Positions 50,992 to 63,780 of a stretch of 64,000 bases of DNA are shown here, one piece after another; the stretch's first letter is position 1, and each line of letters starts with the position of its first letter. This DNA comes from Lama guanicoe (lineage: Eukaryota). A program made the translations under genes and the position numbers. A model generated the notes under the pieces. That model had not been told where the DNA came from. It made no database searches and was given only the letters and a program-made list of their open reading frames with translations. The stretch covers positions 2,702,282 to 2,766,281 of the forward strand of contig MU054400.1 in NCBI GenBank assembly GCA_013239625.1, written 5' to 3'.

Positions 50992-52509
50992 AAGAGTTGG
51001 GGTTCCTGATGAAGATAAATTCATTTGTGCCTCAAGACGGTGGTGAAGACAGGCAGACTGACTTCTCAATATATTCTACATCAGTGAAACCCATTCTTAA
51101 TTCAAGTTCCAAAAGAAAAGATTTATGTGGGCACATTTTACAACTTCCTGCTCGAATTACTTTTTCATGTGGGTGAGCACTTTACACTCGGTGTGAAGAG
51201 AGAAGATGCAGGGGTAGAAGGAAGAGATCACCTCATGTAGATGGGGGTTTGGATGAGAGGAAATCTCAATATAGACTTAAGCCAGGAGTGGCTACATGCC
51301 TTCTTGAACTACAAGATGCTGAAGTAGCATTTTCTTCATCCATCAACTGACTAGTCTTAGTTCATGCATTAACACCTCCAGGTCCTTAACCCCTCTTGCA
51401 AAGAGACTGGCCAGACATACCAGGAGACTTCAACCCATGAGTTTTGGGGGTGGACACAACAGACTAGCCTCAGCGGGGCCTGGATTGCTGTCACCTCAGA
51501 TCTCATGTTCCTACCTGACTCAGCCCAGCACTCACTTTCCTGGGCAGGAATCTGATACCAAAAGGCTTATCTCAAATTGTTGAGGGCGCGACTGTTTTTG
51601 TAAAAGTTGTTGTTTGTTTTATATTCATGCTACTTATTAAACACATATCTAGAGGCTTAAGCACTGCACACTTTTTAAATAAATTTGACCAGTAAACAAA
51701 TTTGCAGGGTCAGCTGGCAAATTATGGCTCTGAATTTCCTGGCTCAAGGTCTCGCGGCATTGATTGTTGGAAACTGAAACTCCTGTCCCTTGAATAAAAC
51801 TACGTGTTTGGAACATGTCAGTAAATTCATTAGTGTTTTTCAATCACAAATAGGACATCTTTTCACTGTTGGTTGGTCCACATCTTAAAATGATATGTTG
51901 TTAGAATGTTTCCAGATAAAATCTGACATATTCCTTGTTGTCTTTGATATTTTATTATTGGTATTCTCATTATTAAATTATCTGGTTATTTGGAAGTCTT
52001 ATGTAAACAATCTCGGCAGAGTTTATCGATCAATAGGCGTTATCTTTCCTATTAGGATATGTTAAATTCAGTTCATGTTCAGAGTTTTGTGTGTTACCTC
52101 ACTTCAAAATATTCATGATGCTCTTTAGTTTTAAAGCATCTTTTCCCTAATGAGTTTATGGTTTAAATTTAGTTTAGTTTAATTTAACCCTCCTACTGAT
52201 TGTTAAGAGGGTCGGATATCTTCAGGAGGTATATTACTGGGCTCTGAATATGAAAAATAAACTTTTGGGTAAAAAAGATTAAAAACAGACATTATGAGAA
52301 TTATGCCCTGCCAACCACACCCCCAGGAAAGAATTATAGGAGAGGCAAGAAGACTAAGCTAGTGATCTCTAGGCAAAAGAGATTGTTGGGTCTAAGTAAG
52401 GCATGAACCATGATCAAAAAAAAAATATATTTTGAAAAAATTCTATTTGAGTACTTTACTCCTGAAATGTGCACTTTCAATTCACATTTAATGCTTTGAT
52501 TCTTTTCAG

Positions 52510-52578
52510 CAATTTTACCCGAAATAAACTGGCAATTTTGTCTCGGAAACATTTTCGTCACCTTGACTTGTCTGAACT
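52510..52578 (+). CDS. NTRK2: NTRK2 coding exon 4 (LRR3), 69 nt, phase 2-2
   Basis: tcttttcAG acceptor, encodes (I)[22 protein letters not shown](L), donor CT|GTAAGT. Confidence 0.97.
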
Positions 52579-54847
52579 GTAAGTAATGACTCTATATGGC
52601 ATTTGGGGAAAATTTTTCAAAGGAAAGTGTAATTCAGTATTTTTTTTAAATAAGAGATGATGCTGATCTATTTTGATATCAAAATTCTTGAAAACCTGTG
52701 TCTCAAATTTTGGCTACTTATTCTTTTATTCCCTCATGAACACATGATTCAGCAGTAAAAAAACAGAAATGTCAGTAGTAAGATATCATTTATTATGGGT
52801 TGAAATGTTGTTTTTTACATAAAAGACTTGTTTTCTAAAGGAGAGAAGAGGAAAAGATGAGGGTTTTGTGTGAGAAAGATGGTGATGTCTCACAGCATCT
52901 CTTTGGTCCTTGTTATGTCCAGGCCCTAATGGAAAGCAAACCCATTCAAGGAGGAAATAGGAGTGGACGAAATCCCTCAGTTTGTCCCCCAATGACAGTG
53001 CCCTCTAGCCCTTAGTGAACATTGAAGAAGAGGTAGTCCTCTTTCTATCCACCTTGTGAGATTTTCTTCTAGGTCTGCCATTACATTCAGTATTTATCCT
53101 TATGCCCAAATTCCCTTTGCTGTAAAATGATAGGAAAAAATATTGAAATGTATTGATGACTAATAGCATTTCCAAGTGTGCTTAATGCTTGTATTATAAG
53201 CATGAAGCAAAAATAAACCGTTGGCATTCCTATGGGTAAGGTACCCAAAGAACCCTAAAGCACATGCTCTGTGTGTCAGAGGTGGGCCCAGATGGACCAG
53301 GCCTTTGAATACCAGGCAATAGCTTTGCTTAAACTATATGTTGCATAAGCTGTAGGGTCCACCCTTATTCATAAGGAAATTGTGCAGATTAGAAGATACC
53401 ACTAGTAGAGAGGTAACAAGTTAATAGGTAATAGAGTTACATGGTGGCAATTATTTTTGAATAAACTTAATTCAGGGAGTTAAGCACTGGCTTTCTGACA
53501 CAAGAGTAGGTGTAAAAAACTTAAAAGATACGTGAAATAGAGTAGGATACTCAGTGTAAAAATTTTGAGCATCACTGTGGAACATATTCTTGATGGGTTA
53601 AAAATTAGAGTTCCAATTTCAAATTCACACATCTCAGTACTCTCCCTGCAGGATATTTAATCAATTCATTCAACAAATGTTCATTGTGTGCCTGTTACAA
53701 ATCAAACTAACATGGCACTAGGCCATGTGATATAGGTGAGCAGTTTCTGTGTCTCAGGATTCTGCTCTCCTGTGGGAGATGTAGAGGCCCAAACAAATTA
53801 AGTGTAACGTGTTCCAACAATTACTGCAAAAGGAGTTAAGCCAGCTGTCTGCCCGTAATGTGTGGTCATATGAACACTGCTGGATTTATCACGGAAGATC
53901 CCTTTGCTTCCTTATTTCTTTTGTGGATTCAGTCATACATTCTTTTTAAAAAAGGTTGCTTGGTTTTTCATGGACTCAGAACACCAGGAAACCTCTTGGC
54001 TTAGCTGGGGTTTCAACATTGTGGCTATCTTCTACATTATAGTCCATATCCAGTAGCATCGAATTTGGTGTTGGAGGGATACTTGAGGCAGTCAAGCAGA
54101 CACAAATTAAACGAGTCTGCCGTGACCACATTTTCCCCAAAGAAATTCCCAGAAAAGTCTCCAGGGATCCCTGAGATTCTTAGAACCCAACCAGAAAACC
54201 ACAGGAGTCAATGATGTTGCAAAGCCCAGGTCCTGTCCTCGTGGAAAACTTAAGTATTGTGGTTAATGCCCGGCACAGCCTATGTAATGATTTTAAATGG
54301 CCTCAGTTAAAGGCTCATTACCATAAATGGAATTCATCTTAAATAGGCCACTGAGTATTATAAATAAACATTTAAAGATTTTTTTTCTTGTGGTTTTTGT
54401 TTTCGTCTTGACTACTTCCTCTTTCACCAATCACAGCCACAGGAGCCCAGGCAGCATGGCTGCACAGTGGCTCTGTCTTTGCAGACCCTTCCACAGTGGG
54501 CTCAGTAACTCAACGTAGAGCTCAGTTGCCCTTGCTCTCAGAAACCCTGAGCTTGGGGTGTGTATGTGTGTGTGTGTGCGCGCGCGTGTGTGAGAAAGAG
54601 GTCTAAGAGTTCCTTTCCAGATTCTCTCTCTCATAGTCACTCCACCTTTTTTGCATCCATCAAACTGAACAGTGGTTGTGTAGCTCGGAAAGCTGGGCGT
54701 GACACCCTACTGGCTGTCACACTTGTCTTAACATGGTATTTACAGTCTCATTTTAAATGAAGATGAAATTGCTCTGCCATCCACTGACGTTTGAACTTAT
54801 TAAGTGTCAACACTTGAATCTCTGGCCTGGTTAGAAATAAGTATGTT

Positions 54848-55022
54848 GGGGGGAGGGTATAGCTCAAGTGGTAGAGCACATGCTTAGTATGCTCAAGGTC
54901 CTGGGTTCAATCCCCAGTACCTCCTCTAAAAATAAATAAATAAGTAAATCTCCCAAAATATAAATAAATAAATTAGTAGATCTTAAAGTTCTCATTGCAA
55001 GAAAACAATTAAAAAAAAAAAA
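54848..55022 (+). mobile_element. tRNA-derived SINE, camelid Vic-1-like, long-tailed form
   Basis: A box TAGCTCAAGTGG, B box GGTTCAATCC, (AAAT)n tail, 15-bp TSD agaaataagtatgtt / agaaagaagtatgtt (54833-54847, 55023-55037). Confidence 0.9.
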
Positions 55023-55376
55023 AGAAAGAAGTATGTTAGTGTTCCTGAAACTTAACGTTGGCTTCTTCACTTAAGAGTTTCCTTTTAACTGTGTAATAAC
55101 TGTGATAAATTTGTTGTGACATTTTATTTTCCCCCAACTTATGAGACATCCTTTCGTATTCTGCATTATAGTTACTTCTGTTCCTATCTTGTTTCCCTAT
55201 TAGTCCGTTTATTCTCTACAGAGGTGTTTGCACGTAGCAGAAGATGAGTAGGTAATAGGTAAATGATTGAATAATAAGTACTGTTATGCTATAAAGATTG
55301 GTGTGACTTCCAAAAATTGCCGACTAGAAAGGATTTATAATGTTAATGCTTCATAAACACTTGTATAGTTGAAACT

Positions 55377-55462
55377 GGGGAGGGAAATAGCTCAGTGGTA
55401 GAGCGCATGCTTAGCATGCACAAGGTCCTGGGTTCAGTCCCCAGTTCTTTCATTAAAAAAAA
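55377..55462 (+). mobile_element. tRNA-derived SINE, camelid Vic-1-like
   Basis: GGGGAGGGAAATAGCTCAGTGGTAGAGCGCATGCTTAGCATGCACAAGGTCCTGGGTTCAGTCCCCAG + poly-A. tRNA-Ala-like body. Confidence 0.9.
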
Positions 55463-55527
55463 GGGACTTACAATACTTAAAACTGAAAAAGAGAAGCCTG
55501 ATTGGATTTCACTTTTTTTCCATGTAG

Positions 55528-55682
55528 GGTCCTGGTGGGCAATCCATTTACATGCTCCTGTGACATTATGTGGATCAAGACTCTTCAGGAGATTAAAACC
55601 AGTCCAGAAACTCAGGATTTGTACTGTCTCGATGAAAACAGCAGGAATATTTCGCTGGCAAACCTGCAGATACCCAATTGTG
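55528..55682 (+). CDS. NTRK2: NTRK2 coding exon 5 (LRRCT / Cys cluster 2), 155 nt, phase 2-1
   Basis: ttttttccatgtAG acceptor, encodes (L)[51 protein letters not shown](G) with the GNPFxCxC LRRCT motif, donor G|GTAATT. Confidence 0.97.
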
Positions 55683-57469
55683 GTAATTTACTTTTAAATT
55701 GATGAGTTCTACTGGCTGTTCAGTCTTCTAATTGCCTTGGTATGGTAGCAAGCCCAGGAAAGTTACCACCACCCGGATTTTATATAGTACGCTGCTGCTG
55801 TCCCTGGAGTCAGGCAACATTTGTGTGCAGTCTGGAGAAATCAGCTGGGAGCTACTTTGCTGAGTTTTCTTTGCAAGTAGACTATTAATTCTGGATGGAT
55901 GACTTTAAAGTGCATAGGGAAAAAAATGCACTGTTTATTCCTTTGTTGCTTTGTTCATTTGTTTGTTCATCCATCCAAAAAGTATCTGTGGAGAATGTGG
56001 TACTTCACTGGCCACGTATATACTTGATTGGCACTCAGGCCATGCAGAGGAAGGATCTCAGGGGGATAACGTGTCCTGGTGGCACAGGAACATTCAGTTC
56101 AATCCAGAACATTCCCTTAAACTTGTCTTGCAGCCAGATGTCTGTGTCTCTTGATGGGGCACCACAGATCTGCCCTTATCCATGCTGCCCCCATGTCTGG
56201 GTTTACAGTCTCCTCCTTGACTCTTGTCCCTCACTCCTCTCCTCAGCATTGTACTTCCAGAATTTAAAAGGGCACCATATGATAAAATTGCAGCTCTGGG
56301 AGTGCCAGTGTGTTCACAAGAAAGGAAAATCCAAGTGTTCTGGTTAGGACTTTGCTGCTGAGGGCTCTTGTGACATACCTCGGCTATACCGACACATGCG
56401 TATCATTCTTCTGTTGAAATTGTAATCAGTTAGTCAGCCAGTTAATCAGTTCACAGTTCAATTTGATCTTCTGGCCTTGTGGCTGGTGACACAGCAAAAA
56501 AGCCATGTAGCACCTGGTTCTTGTCCGAGAGGATTCTGTAGATTAACCATAAATATCCAGTTCTTTGTTTTGAAAGGAGCCTCTAGTTTGGAGCCAATTT
56601 TCGTTTAAGGAGAATATCACTGCTGCTCGTTTTTAATGAGAATGTAATAAAGGAATGGTAAGTGTTAGTTTCTTCCCCTGAGGGGGTTTAGGAGACAGCA
56701 GTTTACCCTTGCCACAGATTTTTGTTGTAACTCGAGCCCTTTGGTTTCATAATGGGGGAATCAGGCTGCATTCCCTTGTCAGCGTCCCTTGGCTTTGGTT
56801 AATAGCCAATACTTTAAAAAAAATTTTGTAGCTATTTTTTCCTGATTGATAAGAGGATAACTGTTCTCTGTTCTGATATAAATTTGTACTGCTCAAAGAC
56901 ATTGCCTTGAGGGACAAGAAATGCAATGTCAAGTCACCTGGCCGCTTGGCCGGCTCCCACAGCCCCGTGGCTGTTGTGACCACGCTGTTTCAGCAACCAC
57001 TGAGAGGGAAAAAGAGAAAGCATCTGACTCCTGCTCTGATTTCACAAAAGGCCTCTTAATAGACATCTGCTTTGCCCTTGCCTGAAACCAATTTGATTTT
57101 TTTAATTTTAATTTTTGGCCATATTGTCTTGACAGCATTCCTGTAAGACGCTCACCTAATGTGTTGTTGATAGACCATTGTGATTGGGGTAGGAGTGAAC
57201 TGGTTTTAATTTTTCCTGACCAGTTTGGCAATTTTCAATATTTTAAAATTTATTTCCTACAAATGAGTCAATGAATTGTGTGTATGTGAGTGAGGCTTTG
57301 AAACCACTGGCAGAGGACATGTATTTGATTATGACTGAAGGATTACATTTATGGTAACATTCACAGTTAATTTCAACATCAATGGTGCTTTTCAAAAAGC
57401 AGCATTAGGAAAGCCGAACTGCTTTCCTTCCTCCAGGAATTATTGGTAGTGAAGATGTTGAAAGACTAA

Positions 57470-57598
<129 letters not shown>

Positions 57599-58039
57599 TG
57601 AGGTGGCCCCTATGATAGATTTCCTTTAAGACTCCATAGGGGTCACCCAGTTGACAACAGGCTACCATTCATGTGACTGATTGGTAATCTCACTCAAGAG
57701 CTTGATTTGGTTTTGTTTCTTTAAAACTACAGATGTCATCTTGTTGGGGTGCTGATCTCTAGTGTTTTCTGATTGTGGTGGTGAGAAACTCACTTACAGA
57801 AGCCTTTTCATAGATATATTTAAAGCTCCAGAAGTGATGTGGCCCAAAGGTTACTGTGGGGCAGGGTTGGCCTTGGAAATAGTTGGTTACTGGCATCCCC
57901 TCTCTGAATTGCTCTCCAGAATGAAGGTTGTTCATTAATAATGTTCTAGTCCAGAATAAAAAAAAAATAAATGATAAAAAAGAAAAGGTTAACTGATAGA
58001 CTTATTTTTTGTGTTCTTAAAGTATCTTGTTCTTTCTCA

Positions 58040-58650
58040 ATTTTTATTTTCTTTCCAAATATATTTTATTTATTTATAATTGCACAAATAGCATTGGTAC
58101 ATTTTGTTGCAAAAATAATTTCCTACATTTACACATAAAGCTTGTCTTTTTCTTGTTTGTGACCATTTCAGGGCAGTAGTCATAGCTCTTTCATATTCTT
58201 TTTACTCATTGCATGGTATTCATGGTAGAACATACTTTAATTATATTGAGTCTTCCATATTGATGGACATTTCCCACTTTACTATAAAATGTTTTAACAG
58301 GCATCCTTATATATGATCTTCATACATGTGTACAGACGCAAAGGTTTTTCTAGAGTAAGTATATTAGCGACCAGGAAGCAGAATTTTTGGTTGACATGAT
58401 TTGCACATTAAAAAGTAGTCGTACCAATTTATAACCACCTCAGCAAAGTATTCCTTGACATGAGCTAACGTCTTACTTTTGGTCTCTCTAAAAATGGTAT
58501 GTCATTTCTTTTTAGTTTGCATTTTCTTGACTACCGTTATCTTCTGTGTTTATTAGACATTGTGAGTTTCTTCGGTGAATTGCCTATTTATATCTTTCGT
58601 CTGCTTTTCTATAAGGCTTCCCTTCATTTTCTTCTAGTGGTAGTGTTCTT
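58040..58650 (-). mobile_element. Ancient L1ME-like fragment
   Basis: tgcatggtattcatggtag...ttgatggacattt...gtgaattgcctatttatatctt. Confidence 0.6.
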
Positions 58651-58959
58651 TGTTTTATTTTTCTTAACTGTTTGAAAACTATAAATTACGTTTCTGTGTT
58701 TGTAAATATACAGTGCCAACATATTTACCACACATATTTAAACACATTTTTCTCTAAGTATCTAGAGATAACCCCCAACAAGATGAGAAAAGATACTTTT
58801 ACTTCCCTTTACTTTCTCCTCCCTCCTCTCAGATTGTTATCATCTGGGATTTTATTTTTAGATTGTTACTTAACATTTTTGAAGATTTATTGTTTCTTTG
58901 TTGATTTTTGTATTCTGCTACTTCCTCTTGAAGTGGTTTTTCTTTTTGCTGGAGTATAT

Positions 58960-59600
58960 CCTCTAATATTTCTTTCCGAGAAATTAAAAAATAAAATCTT
59001 CAAGTTCTTGCCCAGTAGAAAATCAACCTGCATTTTTTCTTCTCATTGGAATTGGCTGAGTATAAAATTCTAGACTCAAGATAACTCTTAGCATTTTGCA
59101 GATATTATACTGTGTTTTCCTTGTGTTCAGGGTTGCTGATGAGCAGCCTAAGGCCAGTCTGATGCTTGTTTCTTGATAGGTAATCTGTGCTTTTCTTTTT
59201 CCTCTAGAAGCTTTTAGGATTTTCCCCTTATGCATATTATTCTTAAATTTTACTACAATGTAACTAGGCATGTGTGTATGTGTGTGTGTATTTAAAAATT
59301 TATTTTGTTTGACATGCAGTGTTCCTTTTCAGTATGAGTGTTCACATCTTCAGCTCTGGAAGAATTTTCTAATTTATTTAGATGGTTATTTACACTTCTG
59401 GCTCCTCTTTCCATACCTCTCAGCCTTTCTGTAATACTTTCCATCTGCTTGTCCTTTTGTACTACATAATGGGAGAATTGTTTACTTACTTCTTTGCCCT
59501 TCAGCTATTTCTCCAGCTACTGAATTTTCCCCTTCTGCCAGTCAATTTTTAATTTCTGAAATCTCTAGTAAATTTTTTTTTAATGACTGAAACATCTTTT
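58960..59600 (-). mobile_element. L1/HAL1 ORF1 relic
   Basis: Minus ORF 59023-59271 PSYIVVKFKN..KGKILKASRGK...ITYQETSIRLALGCSSATLNTRK matches the L1 ORF1p RRM/CTD pattern (PRHIIVK..KEKILKAAREK..TYKG..IRLTADFS.ETL.AR). Confidence 0.8.
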
Positions 59601-60984
59601 TCCATACTGGAGTTCACCATATCTCTAGGGTATCAAAATACCTAGCATGACTGATTTTTCACGCATAAACTTTCCTCACTCATTGCTCCTACTTGGGGGC
59701 ACCTGCAGCCTTTGTTGGATGCTGTGCCCCGGGGGAAGGGCAGGGCTGGGACATGGAAAGATTATTCCTCTTGTTGCTTCTACTTGTTTTCTCAACCAGT
59801 GACCCTGTGGCTTAGTGGAGGCAAGCCCCACTCTGCCCTGCAGTCTACCCCTTCAGTCTCACGTCAGCCTAGAGCGTCCTTATTTTGTACAGCACATACT
59901 TGTGTGTCTGTTTGGAACTGTGCTTTTTTTTTTAAAATTTTATTTCCCTTTTTTCTCTTGTTCAGGAATTTCTCATAGTTCTCATCCACCAACAGTATGC
60001 CTTCTGTTTTCTGATATGGTTCTGGATTTAAAAAAAAAACAAAAACCTAGTTTCTAGAGATTTGAGATGAGAAGGGGAGACTTCAGTTTGGAGTTTAGTC
60101 ATATATTAATTTTCCTCATGATCGTTTCCCAACTGTGGTTCTTTAAGAGAAGACAGACAAATTGAGCAGTAAACTATGTTATGCTGTTGAATTTAAATTC
60201 GGTCTCTGAAATTCCATGTTGGAGAAATTGGATAATATCCCAAAATTTTTAACTTAGATGTCTTGTTTAAAACATGGATTTATGGTCAGTTGGCTTATGT
60301 TTTAGTCCTCACTCTCAACAAACTTTTAAAACATACCTGTCGTCTTTAATTAAGTCAGATTCATGGAGTGCATCCTATTTCCACTTTTTTTTTTTTTGGG
60401 TGAATCTTGTTAGTGAACTCTAAAAGTAACTCATAAGAGTTTGGTCTTTGTATTTCATCATTGCAAACCCAGCAGTTTGCCAGTAACTGTGGCCATTGCA
60501 TTTGGTTTGCAACTGGTAATATTTTAATTTCAATAAAAAAGAGCTCTTGGGATTTCATTCCTTCATAAGGTGGGCTTTCTTTAAAAATGCCCCCTTTTGG
60601 TATTTCATCATGTAAGCATTATATGATGAACAAATTCTCTACATTTTATAAGCAAAAATACATCCACCATGGTGCCTGCTGTATCCCTTGAATGTAACAG
60701 GTACTTGATTAATTTTTGCTGAATTGATCAATTAATAAATGCATGAACCATATTATATTAATGATCAGATTGGACCAGATTTTTAATATGATGCTCCAGA
60801 TATTTCAGTTAAGTGAAGCTAATGTAAGCATTTATACTATTCTAGCCAAAATATTCCATATTTTAGCATTTTATAGCTCTCTTTGAAATTTCTGTCATCA
60901 TCGCATTTTGAGCAAATCATAATTTTTCTTTTTCCTTCTGCCGGTAGCGATTGAGCAAGCAGGGTAGGCAGAGCTGGGAAGTTT

Positions 60985-61349
60985 TTTTTAATTTAATTTT
61001 TTTAAATTTAATTTTATTTTTATTGAAGTACAGTCAGTTACATTGTGTCAATTTCTGGTATATGGCACAGTGTCCCAGTCATGCATATACATACATATAT
61101 TCGTTTTCAGTAAAGGTTATTTTAAGACATTGAATATAGTTCCCTGTGCAATACAGAAGAAATTTTGGTTTTTTAAATCTATTTTTATGTATAGTGGCTA
61201 ATGTTTGCAAACCTCAAACTCCCAAATTTATCCCTTTCCACCCTCTTTCCCTCAGCAACCAGAAGATTGTTTGCTATGTCTGTGAGTCTGTCTCTCTTTT
61301 TAGATGAGTTCATAGTGTCCTTTTTTTATTTCCTTTTTTTTAGATCCCA
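60985..61349 (-). mobile_element. Younger L1 3' end with 16-bp TSD
   Basis: TSD cagagctgggaagttt / cagggctgggaagttt (60969-60984, 61350-61365); ttgaagtacagtcagttaca...tagatcccac. Confidence 0.9.
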
Positions 61350-63339
61350 CAGGGCTGGGAAGTTTAACTGCACCATCCCCATCCCCATTAACATCTCAGT
61401 CAAAATGTCTCACAATATTTTTCTAACAGCCCCTCCTGCTGTGAATGACTGTAAATTTATTCATGCTGTGAAATGTGTTGTGGTCTGCTTCTCCACAAGG
61501 TCCTTCTTAACCTTAGAAAAACTTCATTAATTGCAAAGCAACAAAGCATATTCTTATAAAATTTCCACATTCCTCAGAAAAAATGGGTTCCTGTGAGCAC
61601 TGGTTCTGAAGACAGAAACTGAATCACACAAGTGCTAAGGAAGAATGGTGATTTTTCCAGGCTGTGTTGATTTATCACTCCTTATAAAAACGTTCTTGCT
61701 ACTTCTGTTAGTGTTTTTCAGTGACATTATTTATAACATTGTATATTCTAAATTTTTGTACTCAATTCCTGTACATGTGATTGATTTTCAGTAGTTAGTT
61801 TTGCAGTACAAACCTTTCAAGCTTTTCCCTGGGCTGAATGGAATTATGAAAGAACAGTGTAATTAATACTTTAATTTTTTGTACTATAATTATGATTTAA
61901 ATCTCTGGAAGAGAGCTTCTCCAGGAAGCGTTGATAGTGGATGAAATGCTCTGTTTTAAGTAGGCAACAAATATATTTAAGGAAGGTAGTATTCTTTTGG
62001 GTCAAGTTGAAACAATCCCTCAACCCATTTTACTAGTAATTAGTTACCATAGAACATACTAGCCCCACAGTGAATATAAGATGGTAATTCAGTTAGGGGT
62101 TGAAGGACTGTGTAGTTACAGCATAAAACACCCTGAATGGTCATGGACTGAAATCAGCCTTGCCTTTGGTTTCTTTGTTATATATAATGACAGTTTCAAT
62201 TTTTTACTTTTCCAATCTTCAAACTCTTATTGTAGAGCCTCCTTACGACACATCAACAAAATATTATTTATGTTGGGAAAGGTCAGTTCGCAGGTGCCCA
62301 GGAGGAGAGCCCTGTTTTGACTGATTTTGATGACTTATTTTTAAGATTTACTTTTGATTTCCACTGTACTTTGTAGTATACTTACCCGTTAAGCATATTT
62401 GTACATATTCCTTCTTTTGTTTCTTTTAAACCGAAAAAATAGACTGATAGTCATTCTACTTTGTTGGCATTCATGGAAGATTAAAGGAAATGCTGCATCA
62501 ATACTCCATATGTAAGTTAGATTGGTCAAAAACATTATTTTCCTGGCATTTTAGCTGGATTTCTTATCCCTTAAAAGCATGTACAAAGTCTAGTTTACTG
62601 CGTTGCTTCCTTTTCTTAGAGATCAGGTTTTATCTACTAAGACGCAGCAAGCCACATGGTGGACCATTGCTTTTCTTTATCTTTTTTAGAATGGCAAGTA
62701 AAGCCGTTTTTCCTAACATCAGCTGCTGTTGAGATTTTTGTGTTTAGAGGCTCTGTGGTTGCTGTCACTGTCATGACACAGCTCACGCAAGCCTAGGAGC
62801 ACAATTTCCCATTTGAGCTTGGAAAGTCACTTTGCTAATTTTCTGTCATTTTTGCAACCAGGTGTAAAGCAGCCACTTCTAAATAGGTCAGGCTCATGCT
62901 GGCTTCATTCCTGGGAGTGAAATAGATATGTTTAAGGGGCACAGAAATTAGAAGGTATGCTAAGAAGGTAGAAAGTGAGTGGAGGGAAGACAGAGAAGAC
63001 AAAAATCATGCTTTACTTGCATATTTGTGTACACATGGAGTGATGACCCAATAGGAAATAAACAGAGCTCAGGATCACTAAAATGAGGTGAGAAAGAACT
63101 TAATCTAGACCTGCAGATGCATATTGAAAAATAAAACCCAAACTTGACCCATTTCATTTATTTCAAAGCCGAGTTCATATTCCCAAGTGTTTAGAGGTTA
63201 GTTTTCCTTAATTATTAGGAAGCGAGAACGTGCATACTTTGAATTAGTAATCAAAGGGTCTAGTCAATATTGTTAACTCTCAGGAAGCATGCACTAGTAG
63301 ATGGGAGGAGAGACGTGGAAGTGCCCAGTAAAGGAGGCA

Positions 63340-63590
63340 GGTGATCAGTGTATGGGTTAAAGCCCTGAACAGACAGCTGTGGGCCTGGGCCGGCCCCCAC
63401 TCACTAGCTGTTTACCTGTGAATACGTGGTAAGCTTTTACTTCTTCATCTGGAAATAGGGATTCTAATGACATCTGCTTTCTAGAGCTTTTAGTCTGGCT
63501 AATAAGATAAGATGGGAAATATTTCAGATGAGGTCTAGTGCATGTTAAGTCCTTAGTAAATATTAGCTAATTAATGTTATTACCAACATC
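63340..63590 (+). mobile_element. MIR SINE fragment
   Basis: ccactcactagctgt...cttcttcatctggaaatagggattctaatg...agtaaatattagcta. Confidence 0.6.
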
Positions 63591-63740
63591 CATATGAATA
63601 TTTAGCTTTAAAATGTATTTTACATCGGAATTTAAACATGTATGTATCTTATATTTTGTCAGATTACTTCAGATAAAAATAAAGCCATAATATGACACCA
63701 CAGAGAAATGGTGTGTACTCAAGCTTGGGGAATGTAAGAT

Positions 63741-63780
63741 CAACATTGTAAATTGACTATACTTCAATTAAAAAAAAAAG
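63741..63780 (+). mobile_element. ~40-bp L1 3' terminus
   Basis: caacattgtaaattgactatacttcaatt + poly-A. No clear TSD. Confidence 0.75.

Noticed and set aside
54848..55462. tRNA-Ala-like sequences (also at 27745) as real tRNA genes
   Set aside because: They have poly-A tails, no intact acceptor stem and (for two copies) clear TSDs, so they are SINEs.
55895..56347. 150-aa ORF just downstream of exon 5
   Set aside because: Overlaps L2-like sequence, has no TrkB similarity and no convincing splice signals.
59023..59271. Minus-strand ORF with protein-like composition
   Set aside because: Decayed L1/HAL1 ORF1p, not a host gene.
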